A stretch of 53,528 bases of DNA, counting the filler, from Catajapyx aquilonaris (Eukaryota), in assembly GCA_000934665.2 (NCBI GenBank). It is 2 parts of 2 records of this genome, joined end to end, with 100 filler letters (N's around TTAATTAATTAA, not from the genome) between each part and the next. Parts side by side here need not be neighbours in the genome. Positions count along the whole stretch, not along the records: positions 26,365 to 53,528 come from JYFJ02005237.1; 1 more part is not named here. The stretch is one strand, 5' to 3'. The notes under the pieces are model-generated. The model was given only the letters and a program-made list of their open reading frames with translations. It was not told the DNA's origin and made no database searches. Position 1 is the stretch's first letter; every line of letters begins with the position of its first letter. Shown piece by piece: positions 34,149 through 47,000 of the stretch. The translations under genes were made by a program, and so were the position numbers.

Positions 34149-35485
34149 TATCTACAACGCTACACTTGGAGGGGGGACAATATGGTCGACGTTTGCGACG
34201 TTGCCAAGACTCTCAGAAGCTACGGATGTGACCTCTGGCAACGCTGCTGTCAGAACAATGAAGCTGCGCGAATGTGGGTGCCCATTCGGTTGCGATCGTA
34301 AAAAAAAAATGTATAAGGAGTCGACTTTTCCCAAAGTCGAAAATGTAGCAGTGAGAAATGGCAATGGACTCCCCCCACGGTGTCTCTCTACCTTGGCGGC
34401 GCTTGCGTTTCTCCCGTGACGCCAAGAGCTATGCCGGCGGTAGCTTAGTCTACTGGCCCAAGTCCTACAGGTCTTTGGGATAGAACTGGTCGTTTCTCTC
34501 TCCATCTGTCCCACCTTCTTATATAATAGCCAGATAGCCATAGTTTCTTTGGCTTCTTCCTAATTAAACCAAACCAACCGGTACGAAGGCAGACGCTGCC
34601 CCTAGACACACGCGGCAACCCACACGACACCTTCTTGTATGGAGATCCCGATGGGAGGTGGACTCCACCAGGAAAAAAAAAAAAATCTGACAAGTGCTGG
34701 AGGGCCTTGAACTATAACAATGTAACCCAAGTGACGCCCACCGGGGGTTAATTAGTTCTGTTACGGCACCAGCCTAACTCAAAGGCGGTTGCGAGTGCCA
34801 AGCACATACCATCCAAGGCCGTGAGGTGCATCCCTATGCTCGCAAGTGAGGCACACAAGTGTCTGAAGCGAACTCCCAGGAGACGTGACGTCATACGGGT
34901 AATGAATCCGGGTCATACAACCAGGGCCTGGCACGTGCCGTCATAAAACCTGATCGCATTGATATTATCAGATTTCCTTTTGTAGTAGAATGGGGGGTGG
35001 GTTGGGTTCCCTCCCTCCCTCCCAACCCAACCCCCCAAGAGATTCCTTGGCACTTCCCAAAACTGTATGCTGAGAGATTAGATTCCATGCAAAACGTGGC
35101 CCAGAATTCGCAAACGGAGCTGAGAAAAACGAGAGGGGCTCAAAACCCGCATCTGTGCATTCTTGGCAGTTTGCTAAGGACCGGGATTTCCCTTGGATTC
35201 TTCCAGACTCATTTCGTGGGGGAACGGGAGCACGAATTCCCGGATTTTGCCCAGGTCGTTGTCTGACGATCCCAGCCTTGGGAATGGATGAAAACCTAAT
35301 CTAGGGGAAAATATATCTCATTTTGAGCGCGAATTTTTGCGCCCGACAAAATTGCGAGGATTTCCACTCGAATTCGTACAACTCTATATAGGACACGTCT
35401 CTGAGAGAAAGAACAGAGCTATACCTCCCATTCTCTCTGTGTGGAAGAAAACATACCAAATTCAAAAATAGGCGGGACACATATC

Positions 35486-36087
35486 GCGATGGGAGGAGCG
35501 CATTCTGCGATGGGAGGAGCATAAGCTGCGATAGGAGGAGAATAGGCTGCGATGGGCGGAGAATAGGCTGCGATGGGAGGAGCACAGGCTGCGATGGGAG
35601 GAGCATGTACTGCTGTGGGAGGAGTATAGGCTGCGATGGGAGGAGCATAAGCTGCGATAGGAGGAGAATAGGCTGCGATAGGAGGAGCATAGGCTGCGAT
35701 AGGAGGAGCATAGGCTGCGATAGGAGGAACATAGGCTGCGATGGGAGGAGCATAGGCTGCGATGGGAGGAGCATAGGCTGCGATGGGAGGAGCATAGGCT
35801 GCGATGGGAGGAGCATAGGCTGCGATGGGAGGAGCATAGGCTGCGATGGGAGGAGCATAAGCTGCGATAGGAGGAGAATAGGCTGCGATGGGAGGATCAC
35901 AGGCTGCGATGGGCGGAGCATATACTGCTGTGGGAGGAGTATAGGCTGCGATGGGAGGAGCATAAGCTGCGATGGGCGGAGCATATACTGCTATGGGAGG
36001 AGTATAGGCTGCGATGGGAGGAGTGTATGCTGCGATGGGAGGAGCATAAGCTGCGATGGGCGGAGCATATGCTGCGATGGGCGGAGC
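35486..36087. repeat. 21-bp minisatellite, consensus GCGATGGGAGGAGCATAGGCT, ~28-29 copies
   Basis: Seen directly; it explains the repetitive ORFs (LLPSQPM)n and (GRSIGCD)n. Confidence 0.95.
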
Positions 36088-37498
36088 TTAATTCTACTTG
36101 GAAAAGCTGCTGTTTCAAATTGAGCCTTGTTACTCGGGAGGGTTTCATGCGCAAAATGATCTGGATTTTGCAGGGACGGGATAAATTGTGCGGAAAAACC
36201 AGACATCGAGTCAGGCCAAGAATCGACGTCAGAGTTGCACTGAATCGAGTGCGAACTTGCTGGTGGTTATCTCTTTTTATGATTGTGGTTTCGCACCCCA
36301 TCCCCCACCCCCCTTCTTGCTCCCTATACCCCCATCTCCTATACCCCCCTGAGTCTGAAAAAACCCTGGCCTTCTGCCGGCGGTTCCCAGGGCAACCGGG
36401 CCTCCTCTCTGGGGCTGCTGGGCGAATCGATAGCCTTCATCACTACTCAGTGTGTAATACCACGGGCGTTGTGTGTGTGTGTATGTGTGCGGTACGGCGT
36501 ATATGGAATGAGAGAAACGACCCCCCCCCACCACCACACACACACCCGACCCTCAATGCACACATACATAAAATATGCAAACAGGGGCCGGTGCTTTTGA
36601 TCCCGACCGACCCCGGACATCCTCGCCCAAACTGGGAATCCCCGGGTGTCATAGGGCTTTATTTGATGACCGGAGTCAGGTCAAACTATGAGGCAAATGG
36701 CAAGTGTTATGCGGAGATTTTGAACCCTCGGGTTGAGGGTCGTTGGATGACTCATGAGTTGAATTCAGGCCAATTCCAACTCGGATGCGCAATGCAACAA
36801 TTTTCTTATCGTAAATTGTCACTAAATCAATTACAATAAACCATATATACGATATGGAGCAAAACCCAACGTTAATATTAATATTTAAATGCTATAAAAA
36901 TTCCTGTAGGACTTGTAAGAATCCTATTCCACTCGGGCCCTATTTCAGTCCCATGTTAGACGCAAAGTGCACAAATAAATAATGCATTTGGAAAAATATG
37001 AAGCTGGCTGACTCCAGGGACTGCCCTCAGCTCTACTCCCAAATGTCAGAATAAACATGATTAAATATTTGGAAGCACTCTGCCGCATTTTTAAACAAAT
37101 GGCAAAATGGATTACATTAACTGGCCATGTCTTATTCAAAAGGCCTGCCCTATAATATGCGCAAAACACATCAAATTACATCATCCAGAAGAAAAAGGTT
37201 CCAGAGATGTACACTAAACTATACTCTTAAATTTTTAGGCTTTTTATGCAGATTTTTTTCCCGCCAATATTATTTCTGAAGCAATGTGGATCAGTTAAAT
37301 TATCAAATTTTCTAACAGGGTTTGGTATATACTCCTGGACCTGCCAATAACCACGATATGGGTTGAATTATGCTAGCCATACATCTGGGCAGCAGCTTTT
37401 GCTACACGGTTTACTCGAGGAAAGTCTTGTCCTCTGGCGGACGACACTCTAATGGCCACTCTCTTGTGTCTACATTTGAGCACTCAAAAAAAGTATAA

Positions 37499-37633
37499 GG
37501 TCCGAATTCAGAGAGGCTGTGTAACTTTATACGCCACATTTTAAACTACGAGACGGTCAAGCCCACTGGGACGGTTGAACCGAATGTGTTTAAATGTCTC
37601 GTGTAGAGTTAAACGGACCTTTCTGAATCCGCC
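37499..37633. mobile_element. PIF/Harbinger-like small MITE
   Basis: TAA-GGTCCGAATTCAGAGAGG ... CCTTTCTGAATCCGCC-TAA; imperfect palindrome with 3-bp TAA flanks. Confidence 0.5.
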
Positions 37634-38526
37634 TAAATTCTCGTTTCCATCGGTACAAAAAAATTTGCACGTGCACAATAAATATGCCAATATATAGACG
37701 CCCAAGTCTGACGCTTGTGCAGTATAGGGTATTGTATAACAGAAAAGTGTTGTTAGCGTTTTTGAAGCAGTTAATATTAATGGTTATTTAAAATGATTAT
37801 CTGCTAAATTATGTTAGGCCGGTCCATCCTTTTCAAATTCTGCAAAATTTCGGTTCTATTAGTGGGTCCCATTCCGAACTATTATAATGAGGCATTCCCA
37901 TTATTTGGATGCGTGATTCCATCCTGCATAATATTATCACTCGAGTCTTTTGATAAGCATTGAAAGTAAATGCTTAAAATAAGCAGCTCAGTGCGGCAAA
38001 AAATTGCTCACTAATTTCACTTCAATTATTATTGGAACATGCTGTGTTAGTGGAGAGGGTGATTTTTATTAGTTTGGTTATTTGAAATTACGTCCAAGAA
38101 GGCAATAATGGCTTTTATAAGCGACACATTTCAGTCGCATTACACAAGTAAATATTATTACAAGCAAATAATGGGCATATATACGGTAATCTATGAATTC
38201 CCACCCAAAATATGACGTTGTCATTCTATCAGAATGATGTTGGCAGCAATTAGTGCAATTGCACAATTATTTTTGCGCGAATAGGCAACGGGCCTTGATA
38301 TCCGGGCAACCGAAGAAATGCAGCTCAGCAGCAGCTATATACTATGTGCTCTGGCTCTATACCTATAGGCGCCTACAGTGTCAAACGAGACTCGGCACAC
38401 GTGTGAGTGCGTGTGTCCATAACACATCATGCCAAATATCCAGCAATCCAAATATAGAGAGAGATACAGCTATATACAGAAGATTCGGATCGAGCGGTGG
38501 GTGCGCCATACGCCGTGTGTGTCTAC

Positions 38527-38739
38527 CTGTTGGACAGACTCCAGCCAGTGGTCCAGCTGGACTTTGGTTTCCCAGAGGTGGTTCGGAGTGGGCCTTTCGT
38601 TGTTAGGGTATGGCGTTAGTACCTCGTGCTGCTGAGAGTGGCGATGGTGGTGGTGGTGGTGGTGATGGTTGTGTCCATTCTTGCTCTCCAGGCACTGAGG
38701 TCGATGGATGTGCCTCTGGGGCGAGTGCAGCGGTGACCC

Positions 38740-38772
<33 letters not shown>

Positions 38773-38940
38773 GTACTGCTGGTACTGTTGCTGCTGTTGC
38801 TGCTGCTGTTGGTGCTGTTGTTGCTGCTGTTGGGATCCTCCGTGGTGGTGGTGGTGGGGCGGAGGATGCGGATGGTGGTGCGAGTGCCCGTGGTGGGTCT
38901 CGTTTAGGCTCGGTTGTAAGTGAGTCACAAACTGGGCCAT
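38527..38940 (-). CDS. Probable first coding exon (138 codons) of an unidentified gene with poly-His/poly-Gln N-terminus
   Basis: ATG in good context (GGCGGG-ATG-G) at 38940. MAQFVTHLQPSL..H-rich..Q-rich (mixed CAA/CAG)..EVLTPYPNNERPTPNHLWETKVQLDHWLESVQQ. Candidate phase-0 donor CAG|GTAGAC at 38527/38526. GC/CpG-rich upstream region. Confidence 0.65.
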
Positions 38941-39219
38941 CCCGCCCAGCCGGGTCTCCCTAATCAATCAACAGGTGCGCCTACAGGTGCACACGACACA
39001 CAACCTCCAGCTTTAAAAAAAAATATCACGCACACAAAAAAATAGCACACCACGCAACAGGCCTTCACTATAGTATGCAACCGGTGTAACAGGCACGTTT
39101 AAAACTGGTCCCATCCAACCCTAACCTCCCGTCCTAAAACCCAAAAAAAAACCAAAACCTTAAAAAATATTGCGTATAAGCAGACAAGAAGCAGTGGGTA
39201 GCTACAAGCACTAGTAGTC

Positions 39220-39420
39220 CTGCTCCATAGATGCTGTGCTGGAGGACCACGACGCCCCGTTTTATCCGGGCGTCGGCGGCGTCGCAGCAACCCGCTGCAA
39301 ACGACGCCCCTTCGACGCCTGCGCCCTCTTTCTCTCTCTCCCCCCTCCTTTTGCACACCCGCTCATCCTATTTATCAACATTACCCTCACTTACTCCCGT
39401 GCATATCCCTCGGTCTGCAC
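39220..39420 (-). promoter_or_regulatory. Candidate promoter of the minus-strand gene
   Basis: CpG-rich GACGCC repeats, GA tract, TATA-like GATAAAA (minus strand, ~39260-39266) about 320 bp upstream of the ATG. Confidence 0.3.
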
Positions 39421-41389
39421 TATATACAACCCCCCCATGTGAAAAGCGGATCCATCATCATTACTTTGCGGGGTGGAAAGTCGGGTGGGGACTAGACCAC
39501 GCGGAAGAAAGGTCAAAGGTCGCAGGAGGCCAACAAACTTAATCCAATCACACTGCATCACCTTTAGAAAAAAAATTGGGTCTGCAGCGACACAAGCATG
39601 GATTACCCTAGGGAGAAACAAAAGTATAGAGAGTGTATGTCATGATATGACCCAGTATGACCTATAGAGTCATTTACACGGAAATTAGTCCACTACCTGC
39701 ATATATAGGCAACCAACACACAGACACAAAATTTCTCAACAGTACAGATCCAATTAGTGCGACCTCGCAATGACCTCATATGACCTACCCAACATCGCAG
39801 TGCAGATGCCACCCCCTTAACATGTATACTGTCCGTCCGTATGTATGGATTATATACAGTATTAGGGACATAAAAAAGTCCATCATGCGCATTTCCCAAG
39901 TGGGATTCCTGCCAAAAGCAATAAACATGTATTTATGCTGCGACATGTATATATAGGGGACGATTCCTGGCAGTCTTTTGCCCCTCACGGAATGGTCGAC
40001 AAGTACTGCATGGCATGACCTATCGCCATATTTCACTCGTAAATTATTTTTTTGATAGTCGAACCAGTCATGCACTAAAATCGCTCGATAAAATACACAG
40101 TTCGCATATTGGATTTGGGTTAGAATCAGGCCTTTCCTTCCATCCACAGATAGGATTCAAAAATCTTCTCTTGCTTTATCCGGATTGCTCCAAATTCCTG
40201 CTGGATTCGGCTTGAATTCTTCTTCAGTCGTCTTGAATTCGCTATAGGATTTCTCCAATAATTCTCCAGAAATCTTCGTTATTGCCTCTTGAAGTCTTTG
40301 GATTCACTTTTATACGACTGCAACTTATATGTCCATGTAATCCTTCCGATTCATCTGTCGTAATCACTGATCAGTATATAGCCTCCTTCGAATCCGTGTG
40401 AATACCAAGAGTATACGCCGCTGGTTATGGTTGCTGCCAGGGTAAACAATCCACAGTCAACAAACTTCATCCTTTGGATTCCGTCACCCACAACCCGGAT
40501 TTCCCAGGTGAAAACCAGCTGACTTTTGTCGCACCAGTGCTAAAAACGAGGCGGCTAACAACCGCAAGTGGCACATTGGTTCCCATATAGCATCCGGTCG
40601 TTAACCGGAAGAAAAGGCATCCCCCAGTTCAATTCTCTCCGTCAGATTCGGAGAAAAAAGGCGCCTTAGAATTGGAGGGTCCTTAACCCCCCTCCCCCTC
40701 CTCGAAAATAACACCCCAAAAAAAGGGGGGGGTCGGGCATACTTCGATCCACTGGCAACGAGGCGCCAAATAAATCCGGAAAACTCCGCTTTTATTTCTT
40801 TTTGTTATTCCGGAACTGGCCCTGTTCCATTCCGGTCACGCCGAATATTTCTCCACGCACTTCACTACTTTCCTTGGAATAGATCACGACACTTCCGGAG
40901 AGGAACCCTCGTCCATCTACAATGAGTTACATTCTGCTGCTTCCGCACGGCTTTTAAATCATTGGGATGGGTTGGTCTGGTGGAGGAAAAAAAAAGTGGA
41001 GGGGGGTGTTGGAGGAACGATTTTTTGGTCCATTTAAATCTGTCGGGGAGACGCTTTTGTCACGTTCTGCTCAGACACCGAACATCATGGCTTCAGTAGT
41101 TGCTCCATTTGTTTGCCTCAAACCGAGCGGGAATCACGTGCCGAAAACCGCACCGAAAGGTGTAGGAGAGTTGTTACCAAAAGTACGCTTCAAAAAAAAA
41201 ATGCACAGCCATCGACATTTCCATAATATTCCAGGAAGTCCTGGAATTTTGCCCGAAAATTTTGCTGCAGGAAAAGACCCAGCAGAAAAGTCCGTTATCA
41301 TTGTCGTCAATGCTGCATAGTTTATTATTGTTGCCTTACATCAGACACCATCAATGATTTAACAATTATTATGTAAACTATTCCGAGAT

Positions 41390-41504
41390 GAGTTTCAGTT
41401 TCAGAAAAAATTATTTTTCTCAGCAAGTTTCCATGCACGTTTTCCGCCTGGAAAAGATCTTTTCCAGCCGGAAAACTTGCATGGAAGTGGTGCAACCGGA
41501 CTCA
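41390..41504. repeat. Palindrome (core 41429-41486), probable small MITE
   Basis: TTCCATGCACGTTTTCCGCCTGGAAAAGA|TCTTTTCCAGCCGGAAAACTTGCATGGAA, no spacer, 2 mismatches. Confidence 0.7.
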
Positions 41505-43904
41505 AATTGAGCTTGGAATAATAATCAATAATAACATTTAAAATAAACACTGGTACCGAGAATATAACGCAATTATAAAAATATCGCACTGTTTGAATGT
41601 ATAATAAACAATAGTTCCGGGCAATATCATCATGCAATAGCGCGCAAGTGATGCCCGCGTAACATAATTATGCAAATTACGCATTCGTCGCTCATTGTTA
41701 ATCAGATCTAATTGCCACCGCATACGCAGTGCGTATACCAAATTGTGGTGTCGGTTTCAATCAGAAATTGTCCGCACCAAACCCGATTTATATAGGCAAT
41801 TGCATTCCAACAATCACCCCCAGGAGCTATCAAAAAAATATATTGTGATAATACAGTAATTGGCCTATTGTATAACAAATGCGCATATTTCTCCCAGTAC
41901 CGTATTGACAAGTTAATATGCTTTTCAAACCCTCTCTAATTAACAGCTTACTGTAATTAATAATCAGCTAAGTTCGGAAAATCGCAAGTTGTAGATAAGG
42001 TGGCCGTGACTTAATTAGAGACGCGATCTGCGACGCGATGAGGTTTATTTTACAGCGTGTCGATCGCGTCTTAGTGTTAAAAATCATTTTTAAAAAGGCA
42101 CATTGTAATGTCTGGAAAGCCAAAGCAACAGGCTGGCGTTTTGATACGGTACCGTACGCGACCTTCTGGTCTCCAAGTAGTTGGTCTACCCACACCCAGA
42201 TGGCTCCAGTGTCACAAGTTACCCCCACCAAGCTCTCATATTATTTTTTTCCTAATTTTTCCCCCCTCATGTGTGAGACTCTCATCCTCCCCATCTCCAC
42301 CTTTCTTCCCCCCCTAACGAAGCTTTTCCCCCCTTCCAACCAATGAATATGACGAAATAATTTGAGCTTGTGGGCCACACTAGTTGAATCGCAACGGTCG
42401 GAAGGAAGGAAGCCCAGTTCGTTGCTCCTGAATGAATCAGACTTGGAAAAGAAAAAAAAAAGGAGACCATGAGTTCCCCTTCCCTGCCCTACCTGGGACT
42501 CTTGGACCCATCCCCCCCTTTTCACCCGTCTCCTCGCACCTGCCCCCTTTTTCTACCTGGGGGCGCACAACTATTCCTTTTAAAAAAACATGTCAACTCA
42601 AACGCTAAATTATTGCCCTCCTGCTGCACCTCCTGGAGAAATGTTCAGAATCAAAATGCCAATTAAAAATAGCACCCTGATAAACCCCCCTCCCGTTAAC
42701 AACGACGTCGCCTTTAAATAGTGCAAGCGACCGCTACATGTCGGTTCAAGGTCCTCTGCACTCACACCCCTTGCAATTAGCCAGGGTCGGTAATTCACCG
42801 ACTGTGTACTTGTTCACGTCCTAATACGCTAATAGCAAGAATCCAACTTCACCGGTTTTTTTCCCCCTATTTCCCAATGTCGCAACTGTGGTCGCAATTG
42901 CTGCCAACTCGTCCCGATAATAGTAGTTCATGGAGCAGATACGTTAATTGCAATATATTATGCAGCATACCAAGCTGCATTTCAATAGTGGCAAAACCAA
43001 ACACCAAACACACAGTTGTACAGGTCAGGAAAGTGCGTAAACAAAAATGAGACATAAATATCCAATTATGGTGTTTTAAAAAATGGACATTTCTGTTTGT
43101 ACATTTTACAATCCGGAATTGCGAATATTAATCACGATATAGAAAATAATATAGTCGCAATACCTGATTGTAAATGTACACGGTTTAATACGCAGTACGT
43201 ATTTTTTCGCGCTCTTCATGTTTATATTTCAGAGGTTATGTTTAGGGCTATCGAAAATATTGCCCTGCTAATACGTATGAATTTTCGCATGTGAATATAT
43301 GACATTCACTGTCACCAGAGGTCAAGGTCTGAATCCATTTTTTCTCCCCGGCTGGATCTTACGAGAATTCTTGAAGAAAAAAAACATGCATCCATTCAAC
43401 ATAATAGCGGTCATAAAGTAACTGGTTAAAAATAAGTTTATTGCGAATTTTCGCTCTGGAACGGAAACTACAGGTTGGAACACAATGTACAGGTATCACC
43501 AAGGATTAAAGTCGTAATTAGCTGGATTTAGAAGGATTTTCTCCAGCTGTAAATTCCTCCTAGATTTAACCCACAGATTTTCCTTGCTAACCCAGGGACC
43601 TCATTTACGTTCATTGTAACGCACAACACTTGCAGACGAGAAGTCATGTGCAGCTCAGTACATGTAGCCCATCGCAAATGTATGTAAATAGCTTTTTTGC
43701 GCAACACAATCGCGGTCGGGACTTCCAATAAAAATGGGTTGTATCTGGAGCACATGACTCATTGTGACGTCACCTTAACCTCCTTATTATACGACAGCTG
43801 TCTTTCTCGGTACAGGGTGTTCCGCAGAATTTCATCTTAGGAAGGGGCACATACTTTTCAATTCGATGCAAAATCGTCTCCATATTTTTGAGCGATATGT
43901 ACCC

Positions 43905-44090
43905 TACAGGACGACTCTATAAAGTCTGGACGCACATGTAATTGGATTGTATATTGTTGGTTTCCAGTTGTGCCTACTTAACCTTTATTGAGTATTAACA
44001 ATCTGCTAGTTGGCACAACCAGAAACCAAAATTAAACCTGCAATTATTACCTGTGTGTCCTGAATTTATAATTTAGAGAGTCACCCTGTA
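43905..44090. mobile_element. Mariner-like palindromic MITE
   Basis: TA-CAGGACGACTCT..GGACGCACATGTAAT / ATTACCTGTGTGTCC..AGAGTCACCCTG-TA, plus internal IR GGTTTC..GTTGTGCC / GGCACAAC..GAAACC. Confidence 0.7.
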
Positions 44091-47000
44091 GTACAAGACA
44101 GTGAGAGGCTGAGCAGTGAATCCGATTCGCAAATTAACATGTTATCAGTTAACATATTAGTAGGCAGCTGTGCCATATTCGTACGAATAATAATTCAGAG
44201 CAGAACGTTCAGTGCTTCTGTATAGTTCAGCACAAATTAAAAGACAATAAAAACCAATAAGGAACAGCAATTTGGACAAATCATGTCACCTCTTGACGCG
44301 ATAAACCAGTCAAGTAGACGTCATTTATTGCATGTCTTTTATTGCATTTTAATTCGTACTGAACGAACAGTAATGAACATTTTTGATCCGCACTATTCGT
44401 TACAATACAGGTCATACTTCGTACAGTACATGGTTTCGCACTTTCTTTCAAGATCACTTTAAGGAGTGAGGCATCACCCTTTCATCAAGTGGTGTTGCAA
44501 CATTGGAGGCAGTTGACCGGGCCTCGGAACTTGTGTCGGAATGCGAGCTAAGTGGTGATGTCACCGCCCAAAGTGACATCACTTGGACTCTTGCCCAATG
44601 TACAGTACACGTACAGCACAAGTGCACGTACCGGAAGCACCGTGTTTTTTAAAAAAAGACAGGCATTGTTCTGAACCCGGCTGTGTCACTGTTGCGTCAC
44701 TACTTTTGTGACAAGGTCGCGTCAGTCCCAAGGGGGAGTACAGGGTGTTCCCTAATGCGCCTACCCGAAACTAATTCTGAGGTCTCTATGCGGTCTGGGT
44801 CTGCCACAAAATGTTGCGGTCTCCGTGCATCATGGGAAAGGGAGGAAAAAAGGGAACGGTCCAACTTGCAAGAAGGGATTGTCCTTTCCAATATATATAA
44901 AAAAAAGGAAATGAGAAGAAGTTCGTTGCTCCCCATTTCACGAGCGAGGAGAAAGGCACACTGAGGGATCAGTAATCAACCTTGTCGATTACCATCCAAT
45001 TTTATCAACAGGATACTAGTTCTCCCACCCACCCACCAGAGGCGCTGATTCCCCCTATTGCGCAGGCGCAAGGCCCAATCGGAAGCGTCGGTGTCATACA
45101 CCGAAAGAGATGGCCGACATAGTTGCGAAGAATGGTGTGCGGACAGTCCATTCCGACATTGTACAGTACTGCTGGCGCCACGAACCACTGGCGACAAAAA
45201 AGCCAATTCGCTCTTGTTCCGCCATCGGCTAGTGGCACCACCATTACGACCGTACGCGTTTAATTTCATGTCACACAATTTCAAGTATGTGGCTATACGG
45301 AGGGTGCCATCAGGAATTATGAGAGGCAATAAAGCGATAAATTGAGACGCGTTGGATTGACGTCCGCGGATCATAATCTGTGGTTGCACATCGGAATAAC
45401 AAACCATCCGACTGAAGGACTTCATGGGGAGAGACATATGATGGGGAGGCTGGCCGCTCGTCTCTTAATCATCCACTTCATGAACGGTCCCTTCCGGTTG
45501 TTTTTGAAGCGTCGCTTCATATTTATTTATTTTTCGCGACCCCGTTTCGCATAGAAACCACACCATGCAATTTGTCTAATTGCTCATTAACTGGAAGCAA
45601 CGCCGCAATAATTAAATTCGCGGTTGACATATCGGTTGCGTCACCAACCTGCAGCCAGGATAAGATTAATCAGTCTCTTATCAGTCTGGACAGCCTCAGA
45701 TTATCTTATATGAAGTGCAGACTCATCCGCGTACCAGGAACTTAGGCAGCAGGTGGAAAGTCGTATCAAAAAAAATTCAGTTCATTTTGGAGTATGACTC
45801 CAACCATCAGACGCGACCTGCGACATTATTATATCAAGCGTGACCACAACTGGACCGATGACATTTCCGACCCGAATCCTCCGCCAATCAGACCGAGACT
45901 TGCTCATTTTGTTTTGTTAAAAAACAAGCGGTTTTATTACCTCCAGTAAGCAAAAGACAAAGTGAGTCACACATGCTGCCTTTTACACACATACGCGTGA
46001 CATAAAGGAATGTGTGTCTGCAAGTGCTGCATGACTCCTTTCACTTGTTGTGAGTGCAGCTGCTTGCATCTATCGTCCGGTTGAGGGTTGACTGACCTTG
46101 GTGACCACCGCCTGGCGCCGTCTGTTGCGAGGAGAAATGGCCTCGTGAACTCTGACCCACACCCTTCCTCTCACCAAGGCGGACAAGTGCAATAAAATGA
46201 CGCACTTAAATTCAGCCTCATTCCGTGTCCAATCAATCTTAGCCGCATTGGTCAACAACATAACAATTTAACCCTTGCAAACGTACCGTACAGGTGTAGA
46301 ATACCAATGAGAGACACATTCATTAATAGATTATTTTAACTATTTCATGAAAACCAATTTCCAATAATTAAATCTAGAAAAATGTAAACTCATTCTAAAA
46401 TTAGAGGCTCAAGTATCTGATAAGAAATTAATTTTAGGAGAGTTCAAAAGGCGTCTCATGCTGACTGGGTAAATGTACCGGATATGTAGAGTAATAATTA
46501 GAGGAATTATTTTCCTGGCTCACAAGCTGCAGTTCTGCGTGCAGCTACCCGACACCCAAGCATCATATGCAACTAGGGGTCGACCAAATCACATGATACC
46601 AAAGTTCATCCGGATGTAAACCTGAGCTGCGCCTTCTGCTATCTTGACCTTCTCATGCAAAGAGTATGTGTGGTGGGGGTTCAACAACACAAGGACAATG
46701 ACACTCTAAACAGCTGACCACCACCTGCTGATGATGAGTCCAGCTCCAAATATGCATTAAAAGGCATTTAGGGATATACGCTTCGAGGCCTTCCCATATA
46801 CCATCAGAGATAACAATGTTACAATGTATATATACTTTTACTAACTCTCAAGTCTACATGTAGACATGCCCTATGTGGAAATTTTCAAGTACACACAAAA
46901 ATATGAGCACCTCCAAAGGCTGATAAACTGCAGATATTTTCGACGAGTGATTCGCATACAATAAATTTATTCACCCCCCATCCCAGGCCTCCTGCCGTTG

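Noticed and set aside
35301..36123. Repeat proteins (LLPSQPM)n / (GRSIGCD)n or a CRISPR-like array
   Set aside because: Pure tandem minisatellite with no unique spacers, in eukaryotic context.
36027..36839. 270-aa ORF
   Set aside because: Starts in the minisatellite, runs through simple repeats and has non-coding-like composition.
38708..38923. Cys/Trp-rich metallothionein-like ORF
   Set aside because: Antisense reading of the CAG/CAC repeats of the minus-strand exon.
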